Source of the DNA: Lama guanicoe
Taxonomy: Eukaryota
Direction of reading: 5' to 3'
DNA length: 64,000 nucleotides
Assembly (NCBI GenBank): GCA_013239625.1
Contig: MU053652.1
Coordinates: 7,369,902-7,433,901, forward strand
Position numbers and translations under genes: made by a program. This document shows positions 40,325 to 51,059 of this stretch, piece by piece (the first letter of the stretch is position 1; each line of letters begins with the position of its first letter). Under the pieces are notes generated by a model. That model ran no database searches and was not told the DNA's origin. It saw nothing but the letters and a program-made list of their open reading frames with translations.

Positions 40325-41680
40325 TTAAATTACTAACCTCCATTTCATTAGTTTTTTTTTTTCTTTCCCCCCCTGAGATTTTAACTTCTTTTGTTCGCAA
40401 CATATGCCTTTGTTTCTTCATTTTGCTTGGCTCTGTGTGGGTTTCTACGCATTAGAGAAAAGAGCCACCTCTCCCAGTCTTGAAGGACGGGGCTCGTGCA
40501 GGAGGTGAGCCTCATGGTTCAGCCCTGCGCTGGCTCTTCGTTGTGTCTCAAATCCTTGTGATTCTCCAAGTGGCCTATTGCATTTTTAGTGGCTCGCCCT
40601 AGTTGAGGGTTTTCTTAGAACTGCCAGTGTCCCAAAGGGAAAGATCTCAGGCAGCGCGGAGATTCAGGCAGATTGGAAGCCAGACCCTCAGGCAGCGGCT
40701 TTGACACTATACAGAGAGATGCTGTCCCGCGGGCCCCCAAGCGTAAGCCCGCGGGGGCACCACAGCAGGGGATCCAGCGGCGTCCCCTGGGCAGCGGCTG
40801 CGAAAACCTGGGCACCAGATCGAGGTACATCTCCCCTCCAGGAGCCCCCGGTGCGTGCTCCGCAGCACCGCAGGAGGGGAGCGTGAAGACGGAGCCCACC
40901 GGCTGGGCTGAGGCTGAGGCTGAGGCTGAGGTGCAGGCAGAGCCGCCAGCAAGGAGACGCAGAGGGAGAAAGATGGCGCCCGCCGAAAAGCCCGCCAAGA
41001 CGGCGCCTGCCGGCTGGAGCCAGGCAGAGGGCGAGCAGCGATGGCACTCCTGGGGGCAGGAAAAAAGAAAAAGTCCAGCGTTTGAAAACAAGCAAACAAA
41101 CAAAAGGCGACGCCTGCGTGTAGAGCGAGGCAGAGGGAGCGTGTGAAGATGGTGCCGCCCCCCCAGACGCGCGCCAAGTTAGACGCCGGCCCCTCAGGCG
41201 GAGGCTGGCGTTTCAGCACGTGAGCTTCGTTCTCGGAAGGTCTGGGGCCTCGCCACCCGCTGCCCCGGCCCAGCCCCGGAGCAGGTGAGTCCGGCATCGG
41301 AGCCCTTTAAGGGCGTTTCTCAGACCGCTTTAACCTTGTAGGTCTCCTGAACCCCAGCCCTTAGGCTTTCAAAGCTAGAGGTTTGGGGGGCTGGTCTCTG
41401 AGGGACAGGTCTTAAAAGCTGGGGTCCCCAATGTGGGGGTCAGACCCCACACTCCTCAGGGAGAAGCTCTGGGCTTTGGGCTCCGGGGTGGGATTTCTGG
41501 GGAACTGGTGTCCCAGCCTCCCTACCTGCTTCCCTGTGGGACTGCCCTCATTCGTCGGATGCTTAGCAGTGTTAAGGTTTATTTCAGAGGAAGTTATTTC
41601 ATATTTAGCTGCAGATGCTGTGTGTCTGTGGAAGGAGGTGAGCCCAGGATCCTCCTGTGCTGACGTCTTGACCCAGAACT
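40325..41680 (-). mobile_element. Orphan L1 5' end: complete 5' UTR plus decayed start of ORF1
   Basis: Minus strand begins 'GTTCTGGGTCAAGACGTCAGCACAGGAGGATCCTGGGCTCACCTCCTTCC', like a laurasiatherian L1 5' terminus. ATG at 40421 gives MKKQRHMLRTKEVK, then after a frameshift NEMEVSNL, resembling the ORF1p N-terminus. Homology stops at ~40325. Confidence 0.8.
40650..41335. promoter_or_regulatory. CpG island with YY1-like motifs and a consensus plus-strand splice donor
   Basis: About 54 CpG in 40681-41340 by hand count; AAGATGGCG at 40970; E-box CACGTG at ~41217; CAG|GTGAGT at 41284/41285; (GCTGAG)4 at 40907-40930. Confidence 0.75.
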
Positions 41681-43519
41681 AGTTGATAGAAAGAAAATCT
41701 GACAAGCCTGATCATTTTAAAAGGTTTAATGGAATCTTAGGGTCCCATAAAATGCAGCACAGGCCATAAATGAATTCTTCATTGAGATGAATAAGGAATG
41801 GTGAAGTTAATATTAGAATATGGCTCATTATTATATGTAAGATGTTTTTTATTCAAGGACTGTTAATGGCAAAAACACAGTTAGAACTTAGATCTTGAAG
41901 AAAGGTAATTCTTTAGGCTTAAAAGTAAACAGGAAAATAAAACATTCGTGGGAATTTGAATTTGAAGGTTGAAATTAATTTATCACTTCTCGTTTTACTA
42001 TTTAGTGTGGAGCCTGTGTTCTAGGGGATGTTAAGACCTTCCTCATGAAAGTCAGTAAACTATTCATCTGGCCTGGGGCACCCGGGTGGGGGCCCTGACA
42101 GCAGAGGCAAATGGGAGTCACTTGGGTGTTTAGTAATGTGGTTAATGTGGTTCACTGCGATCATTCCTGCAGTTAGAAGATGAAAGCTGATTAGTAAGTG
42201 GAACTAATGTGGGAAGAATTTATTAAAAGTTTGTGCATGACTTAAGTGTTAAATAGAACGTTTAAGTTCTACAATTAATGTTTTCACGAAAAATATGTGA
42301 GATTATTTTTTTTTAGAAAAGAGTCGAGACTGTCTTGTCCCTGGTCTTCCCTAGTCTAATTTCTCCTCCATATCAAGACAGAGTGATTTATACATACTCT
42401 TTCACTTCCTTACTTCCCATTTCCTATCCAACCCACCACAATCTGGCCTTGTGCCCATTACTTTACAGATACCCGGAAACTGCTCTCATAGTCATTGTGA
42501 TCTTCATTGGACTTCTCTATTGCATTTGAGTTTGGGATTATTTTCTTGTTGAAATTCTGTGCTTCCTACGTGTCCTGATATCACCGTCTCCTAGTTCTCT
42601 AAGACCTGTTCTAGTATAAATACGTGCTGCATTGTTACAATGGAAGTTTGAGCAACAAATAATTCTGGCTCAATTTCTCTTTTTCCCCTCTTATTTGTTA
42701 GTTTTAGAGGTTGGGCCAAAACACCTCAGGGTCACAAACAAGAAAGCATTTCCTAACCAACAGTGAATATCCAAATGTTTTGAGGACCTTATTTATTATT
42801 TTTATTCATTTTACACATTGATGTTAATACATAATGTTTCATTTGATAAAAGATTGCTACCAACCTTGAAGCGGTTACTGTTGACATCCTGTCTTTACTT
42901 GAGTTCTAACTCCTGTCTTTGTTGCTGCATTTTGAGTTTCTGCATATGTGGGTGTTGATACAACCAAGCTGGAGAAGTTTTGTCCTTTTGTGTAGATGTA
43001 GCTGACCATGCCCAATCCACCGGTGTCTCCTGCTAGTGGTGGTGGTTCCATCCTGTTGCCTTTCCTACCAATGCTCTGCTTGAAGAGTAGTTTTTCCCAC
43101 TCAGAGGGGAATATTTCTCTTGAAAATGTGACACCTGAATTCAGTCAGCACTAAAAGATTGCTTTCTACTTGACGGTAGCTCATTTCACTCCCACATGGT
43201 CACCTTCTCTTTGATGATTATAATGGCGTAGGTGAGACCTGCACATAGTGGGTGTTTAGTTAACCCATCTACTCTTTTCAAGTACCCTAGCGGTTATTCT
43301 TAGTGGAGGATAAATAAAAGGGAGATGATTCTGTATCACTATTTAAGTTTCATCCAAAGTGGGACATTTGTCCATTGATTTATCCTTGACTTTAGGGGAA
43401 TATCGTGCTATTCTAGGAGTTAGAACAGTCTTCTCTGCAAATCAGAATCTTGGGGACAGAGCTTGAATGCAGTCAAATGCTTCTTCCCTGACGGCTCCTG
43501 AAAAATAATCTATATATGA

Positions 43520-43660
43520 TAATTTTTGTCTTTATTTTATGGACGAGGGACTTCTCTGAGAGATTAAGTGATCCTCCTAAGGTTATTTAGCTGGTACTTA
43601 CAGACCTGAGACCGAGCTCAGGAGATATGAATCCAACTCCTGTGTACATTTCCTTTAAAT
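43520..43660 (-). mobile_element. MIR SINE
   Basis: 'attttatggacgaggga...ctgagagattaagtgatcctcctaaggtta'. Confidence 0.65.
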
Positions 43661-45009
43661 TCTATGATTTTATTGTAATAGTGACATTTTTTGAGTTATG
43701 CCTGAGTCTTAAATTCCTTCCAATTTTAAACATTTCTGGGTTTTTAATTTAATATTCTGTAATTGGATTTAGTACAAAATAAGCAAATCTATAAACTGGA
43801 AACTCCGTATTTCAAGTCTATTAAAATGAAAAATGAAATTAAATCAGCTCAATTACTTTACCTGGTGGTCTCTAGCAAAAGAAGCATAAGTCTGTATTAT
43901 AAATCCCTCCAGGAGTTTGGGAATTTAGTTCAACATGAATGGTTAAATTATTATATTATTTCCTGGATGTGTCTTTGATTTTCTGAGTATTATATTAAAC
44001 CACAAATAAATTGCAGTTGTCTCTGGGGAAGCAATTAGAAGAAAATAAATATAAATTAATGGAAGGTCTTTTGAAGAATAAATGAGAAAAACGAGTTAAA
44101 CCTGAAGACAGTAGCAAGGAGTGATACCAAGTATCTGTGAATAAATAAAGCTAGATTCTAGGGAGAACATGGATCAATTTTATGAGTATTCATCTTAGAA
44201 TAAGGTATTAATCAACTTAAAATTCTAGACAGAAAAATAATTTCTTAAAGTTTTGATATGAAAATCTCATCATTTTAAGAAGGGTTGAAGGACAGAATAA
44301 GCTTTTAGAGAAGAGAAGAGAATCCTATAATGTAAAATCCTTGAAGTCAGGTTAATGAGTGGATTAATATTGATGACATCAATCCTATAATGCAGGAGAG
44401 TGGCTTAACTGACTTGTTGGGGAACATTACTCATTCAAAAATTATGTTCATCTGCTTGGAAATAATGCTTTGGGGGCGTCTAGGTATCTGGAAATATATT
44501 AATTTTTGCTTTTTCAAATTATTCAAAATAAAAGACTTCAGAAACTCAAGTCGCTCAGTCATTGAATGGAAAAAAATCTTAATTCTGATTTTTAAAAAAA
44601 TTCTCAAGCTGTATATGCGTCAAATTAATTTTTACCTCAATTTAAGTTGTAGGGACTTCTGGAGCATTGTTTTAAAATTTTGTTAGTGTCTTGTGAGTAA
44701 TAGCTAAAGGATGATTTTCCTATTTGCCAATGATTTTTTTTTTTGGCCATGATTTCCTATTTCTTACGTGAGATACCGATTTTAAAGAAACATTAGAAAT
44801 GTGGTTTGTAAAATAGAGATATACCTTTCTTGCTGCAAAAGACAAATTCCTGAAAGAATGTAAACTTAGTTCTGGCTTAAAAATGACTTCTTGGCTAGCA
44901 TTTTCTCGTGTTTCCTTCAAAATACTTATGGAATCAAATTTAAAAAAGAAAAGAAAACTCTGTAGATTTGACTTTGGAATCATGTAGTTCAAGAACAAAC
45001 AAAAACCCC

Positions 45010-45750
45010 AATAATTTCAAACTTACAAGAATGTTGTAAAGGTAATACAAGGAACACTCAGATATCCTTTGTCCAGAGACCCAATTCAACTTCATTTGTT
45101 TCAATCATATCCATTATAGCAAAAGAATCCAGGATTATGTTCTCTACCTGGTCATGACTTTTTAGTCTCTTTTCTTGAAAAACTATTGTTCCTCATCCTT
45201 TCCCTTGTTTTCATGACCTTTATATAAATCTTAAGATTATATAGATCAGTTGTTCTCTTTGTTGTTTCTCAGTTTGGGTTTGTCTAATGTTTGCTCATGA
45301 TTAGGCGCAGATTGCATATTTTTGGCTGGAATGTCACAGGAGTGATGCTGTGTTCTGTCCATTGCATCTTTACCAGGCAACACACAATGCTGATTGTCAT
45401 TCCTGGTGGTTGTAGTTTTGATCACTTGATTAAGGTGGTTTATCTGCCAGGTTTTTCCGCTGTGAACGTACTTCTTTTCCACTATGTAATTATGAAGATT
45501 TTGGCCAGGGAGAAGATATTTTGAGACACACAGAAGTCCTTTGTCTCATCCTACTTTCACTCACTGGTTTTAGCATTCATTGGTATTTTATGCATGAATT
45601 AATTATTACTGTGATGGGGCCAAATAGCAGTTTTCTGATTTCATCATTATTTCTACATAATTAGTTGGCTTTATCTTCCTGTTTATTTATTCATTTATTG
45701 ATTGATGTCAGTATGGGCTTACAGATTTCTGTTTTTCTTAATGTGCTAGG
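45010..45750 (-). mobile_element. L1MC-type 3' fragment
   Basis: 'tttgggtttgtctaatgtttgctcatgattagg', 'tttgatcacttgattaaggtggt'. Confidence 0.75.
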
Positions 45751-45849
45751 TTTTACATAATTCTAAAATAAAATCAAAACTTTAAATAACTAAAAGCAGA
45801 AAATAAAATGAAACTCATTGACCTAGAATTTGTATCCAGTAGTTACAGA

Positions 45850-46650
45850 GCCTCACTGATAGGGCCTGCTTCAAGTGATTTTGAAATGGAGTAATGCAAA
45901 TATTTAGTCCTAGTAGGATAGCTTAAGGTCAAAAAGAACGTCTCCCCCAAACCAGATATTTTACTAGTTATGTTATTGATGGCAGTATTAGTGATTGTGA
46001 TGGCTATGGCGTATGTAATATGGAATAAAGCAAATAGGTAATTATTTCCAGCTCTGTCCACTGAAAAGGCTGAGGAAGCAATGCCAGTGCAATAGCAATG
46101 AGCACTCCAAATGCCATTTCCCACTAAAACAAAGCAGGGCTTCCTGGAGAATTAGTAATTGCATATCTAAGGCAAGAAAAAATCCATTATGAATTTTGAA
46201 CAACTTGTCACATCAGAAGGCAAGATTAACTACTAGGATCATGTCCAAAGGACTGAGAAGTGTTGTAAGAAAAGCAAAACAACAATTGAATAATTAAAAT
46301 CAATATCGCAAACAATAAAAAACAGAATTGGAGTTGCAGAAGACTAAATATTCAAGGTATAGCAAGTGAATTACAAAAATTTCCATCTAAATGGAGAGAA
46401 AAAGCGGCATGTGGATGACATATGCTTTGTGTGCTGTGTATGGATGTTTACACACACACACGCACTCACACACACAAATATAAAGAACAGACAAACCTAA
46501 GAATTTGAGGTGTTCTTAAGAGAAAAAGGAAAAATTAAAAGAAAAAAAATTGGAAGATAAATTTCTGGAGCTGAGAGAAGACATAGAGAGGTTTTATCAC
46601 ATATGAGGCAAGATAAATGAAAATGGAGTTATCCTATGACTAAGAAAGCT
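45850..46650 (+). mobile_element. Mosaic of old L1 fragments (L1MC 3' UTR-like, then ORF1-like)
   Basis: 'ttccagctctgtccactgaaaagg', 'cagggcttcctggagaa', 'aacagaattggagttgcagaagac', 'aatttctggagctgag'. Confidence 0.55.
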
Positions 46651-47145
46651 TATAAATTAAAAGAACAATTTAAAACTTGAAACGTGTGAAATGTGAAAAA
46701 TAAGCTTTGGCTAGTTGAAACCGTTAAGATTCTGGGGTTCTCTGTTAGCATGGCATAATCTTGCTTGTCCTACTTGATATAATGTATATTTATAAAAAGT
46801 ACTTTAATAACACTGAGATATATGTTTCTGTATGTTTCAAATTTTCTACCACAGTTACTTAGATAAGTGAAGAAAAAGTCAATAAAAGCTTTAAATACAA
46901 AATCTTGTATTTCAGGGGATTGTTTTATTATTTCAGATATTGTCTTCAGGGTAGAGCAAGGAGGATAAAAATGATAATAAATTTAAAAAAAAAGTTTTGT
47001 GTTTGAAAATTCAGTATTTTACAAAGAATCTTGCTGTATGATGGCAGTACATTCAATAAAACATTAACACATATGAAATTTATTAAGAGATTAAGTAAAA
47101 TATGTAGGGTAAAGTACTTGTCTTCCATAATAAACAATGACAAGA

Positions 47146-47576
47146 CGCAGACATAGAAAACAAACTTATGTCCCAAAGGGGAAAGGAGGGGAGGGATAAA
47201 TTAAGAGTTTAGGATTAGCAGATACAAACTACTATATGTTAAATAGATAAACAACAGGGTCCTACTATATAGCACAGGGAACTAACTATATTCAGTACTT
47301 GTAATGATCTATAATAGTGATTCAGTTTTATAGCTATATATAACTGAGTTTAGGATTAATATATACATACTATTATATATAAAATAGATAACCAGCAACA
47401 ATCTACTGTATAACACAAGGAACTATACTCAATATCTTGTAATAACCTATAACGGATAAGAGTCTGAAAAAGAATATGTATGTATTATATATATATAAAA
47501 AAACTGAATCATGATGCTATAAACCGGAAACTAACATGACATTGTAATTCAGCTATACTTCAATTAAAAAAAAAAG
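47146..47576 (+). mobile_element. Young L1 3' UTR stub with polyA and 14-bp TSD
   Basis: 'cagacatagaaaacaaacttatg...gggataaattaagagttt...ctatacttcaattaaaaaaa'; TSD AAACAATGACAAGA (47132-47145) and AAACGATTACAAGA (47577-47590). Confidence 0.92.
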
Positions 47577-50500
47577 AAACGATTACAAGAAAATCCTACC
47601 TTTACCCTCCAATGTGAAAGGTGAAGCTCCTTTAGCATTCTTGTTTCATATGTGTACACCTTGCTTAACAAAAACTCATATGACTAAACTAATAGGAAGT
47701 ACCTTTATATTCCTGCATTTTACCTAGTAATCATCTGATATTGACTGTAGTATTATCTTGTAAGGATATGCAAAAAGACATTAAGTACCTGTCTTGCTTT
47801 CAAAAAGATATGAGGTGATGTATTTCCTGTCTATCATGTGTATATGTTTATATATGTGTATATGTATATGTATGTACACTTTAGTTACTCAAAAGCTAAT
47901 CTGATAGTTATGAGCAAATTTACAAGCCACTGATCTTGAATGTTAATCTTAGTATTTATATTTTCCTTATATTAATGTCAACAACTGTATACATTATGTG
48001 TACATAGTATGCATATGTTTATATGTGATATATATACATACATCAGGATAAAAATGGATATATTAGGACTCTATCTCTGTTTTATATATATATATATAAA
48101 ACCTGATATATATATCAGGATAAAAAAAATGGGAGTGAAAATGATCGTGATTAAAGGAAAGAAAGCAGGATAAAAAACAAAGTTAGGGGCAAAGTAGATG
48201 GACAAAAATGAATGCCGTATAGTCCCATACAACAACAGGTGTCAAGAAAATTTTGTTTCTGGATTACCTCCTAATAGAGCAAAGAAAGGAACAAAATCAA
48301 CGACATACTTTATTACGTTAATAAAATAGAAGCTAGCAATTTATTCTGGATAAGACTGAAAATCATTTCTTCTGTGAATCCTCATACATGAAATGTGTTA
48401 TAGTGAAGACTGGTAAGTGAGAGCTCTAAAAAAATTAGCCAATTTCAAGCATTAGTTTCTTGTATGCATTATGAAACCTGATGGCAAAATATAAAATTGC
48501 GTTTTAGTAAAACAATTCTACAATATAAAAAATTTTTGACATCAATGTAAGAAAAATGCTAATATTAAAGTTCATGTTCAAGTTTAGTGACTCATGAATT
48601 TGTCACTACGTTTCTGCTTCGAGTGTGAGTGACCAAGCAGGGTGTTTCCAAAACGCTGAGCATCTCTCATAAATGAGACACTATGATTCAGCAAGGGCAA
48701 ATCTTTGTTGGATTCCATTCAAAGGATTTTTATTATCCAAAGGACCACTGGAAACTTATTACAACCTTGTCTCGTATGTAACCAGTCTAAGGTTACATCA
48801 TAAACCAAACTGTTTGTGAGTGTAGACTCACATTTGTTCAAATTTTATACAGATCCAAGACCAAGTGTGCTGAATTGATAGACCATAAATAAACATTTCA
48901 CTGATGGATTGGGTTGTTGATTGTTATTCATTCCCTTTACCTTCACCCCTACCTCTGCTCTGTTCTCTCCATATTTCAGTCAATTATTGGCTTACATTCT
49001 GAGCTCTTAGCTTTCCAGGGCTGTGTTGTTAAATCTATGTTTGCCTTTGTTTTTCTGCTCCTCCTCCTCCTTGCCTCTGGTCCTGGTCGACATACAGGTT
49101 TCCCCATGATTGCCATTAAATGTGTCAGAATAATCTCTCTCTTTCCACAACTATCTAAAGCCCCTCAGCACTAAGCACTCTTAGATTCACTAGCCATTGT
49201 GGATGTTTTTTGAGTTGCAAAGGGATGGAAGACTGTTTTATCTCACTTGCTAACTTCTCATGTCCCAGTCGGACGAGATCTCTTCTCATTCTTCATTTCC
49301 CTCTGTTCTCTGGCATCCTGGTTCATTCTTCTCATCCATCCTGCCCACTAGCATTACCTCAGGAAAAGACCTGAGCAAAGTAGATCGATGTCTTCAAAGA
49401 CTCTGGAAGCTTTCTAGCCAATTTAGTAAATTTAGCAAATCTATTCCTGAGCTCTAGCCCTCTGTAAAGTTTTGCGAAGCCAAGGTTTTCCCACCTAAGG
49501 ATTGAATCACTTCCTTGAATTAAAAGGAATGATACCATCTCACGTGGAAAGCTTTTTAAAAATCTCTTCTACCATGAAACCTTTTCCTAACTTGTGACCC
49601 CCTGAAAGGAAATGCCATACCTTGCCCTGTCTTGAATCTTGCCTAATGTCATGTATTTTATTAGAAATCAAAGCTAACTGTCTTCTAACTCCGATAGTGT
49701 GGTAAGTGTACTTAACTAGGGGTCAAAAAAAAAAAAGCCCTGGAAATTAGTTTATGCTTTATGTGTTCCTTGGTGTAAATAAATATTCACACAAACACAC
49801 ACATGCGTATATAATATACACATATATATGTATGTGTATATCTTCATATATGTTATATATTGCCTTAGAAAGCCTTGTTTTGACACTATTTTACTTTTTG
49901 ACCTTGGACATGTTGCTTAGCTTCAAAGTCTTCAACTACAAAATGTGTGTTTATGAAACTAAGTAAGATGTAAGGTGCCCACTAAAGTGTCTTGTATCAA
50001 GAGGGTTTTCAATAAGTGGTACCCGCTTTTGTGTTTCATTGAATTTATGTGACAGTTCCAGCCCCGTTTACCACCCAGGATTATCACGAGGCTCATGTGA
50101 TAATTTGTGTGAAAGTATTTTATACCCAGGAAAGTGTCAAACAAATGAAAGAAAAACATTGTGATGGGTGCAGTGCCTCAGATGAGGGATAAAGAAGAAT
50201 AAAATGAAGCAAACAGAACACGGATGGCACCGGCAGTTAGAATGGGGAGGGGGCAACGGAAAATTCTGACACCTGCTCCTGTGGTAACAGTTGGCATAAT
50301 CCACACAGTTTATGGATCTTAACAAACTCTGTAGCTCCAGTAATGTCCAGAGCCGCAGGAGTGGTGATTCAAAGCGTTATGACACCACTGGAATGTGACA
50401 CCACATGCCATATTATCAGCACGTGACCTTTCCATGAATTTCCCCCCTTTTTCTCTTTCATAATTAACCTAATGTCCATCACAGTAAAAAGAGAAGCACC

Positions 50501-51059
50501 ATGGCAAGAGAATCTGGGCTGTGCTCATGAGAGTTGAAGCCAGGCAAGTCCTTCTCATGCTAAGGAGGACAGTAAAACAGGCTAGTAACCTGGCATTGGG
50601 TACTTGTGTCATTTCATTTGAGTTTTATTTCGTGTGATCTCTGGTAGAGTCTTAGAATTGTCTTAAAGGAAGATGAAGGTGAAGATTGTGTAGCATGTGA
50701 TGAGCACAGACTCTCAGAAAGAGAGCAAAGACTTGTGCAGTCCCGTGGAGTATTTTATTTGGACATTTCAGCTCCTTAATTTTAAGTGCAATGCTTTTGT
50801 AAATATGAGAATAATCCGATTTATAAATATATTATCTTGTGGTAGTTCTGAATTAAAAATTAATGCAAAGCAAAATACACATTGCTCTCTTACCCTTCAT
50901 TTTTTACAGACTACCATTTTTTAAAATTTGGATTTGGTTAAATTGGATTAAATGGTTAAAAAATTAAATGGTCAAAAAGTTAACTGATTAAATAGTTAAA
51001 ATTTCCAACAATGCCACTCATTTTACATATCTGTACTTGCACTTGGTATTGGCTGATGC

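Noticed and set aside
40352..40367. Poly-T as the polyA tail of a short L1 transcript
   Set aside because: ORF1-like sequence (NEMEVSNL) continues beyond it, so it is an internal expansion; no TSD found.
40615..41297. Overlapping 135-196 aa ORFs on both strands
   Set aside because: Expected in GC-rich, stop-poor L1 5' UTR sequence; no recognisable domain.
16560..48600. Scattered AP-1 TGASTCA sites
   Set aside because: Number is compatible with chance in AT-rich DNA and there is no tight clustering.
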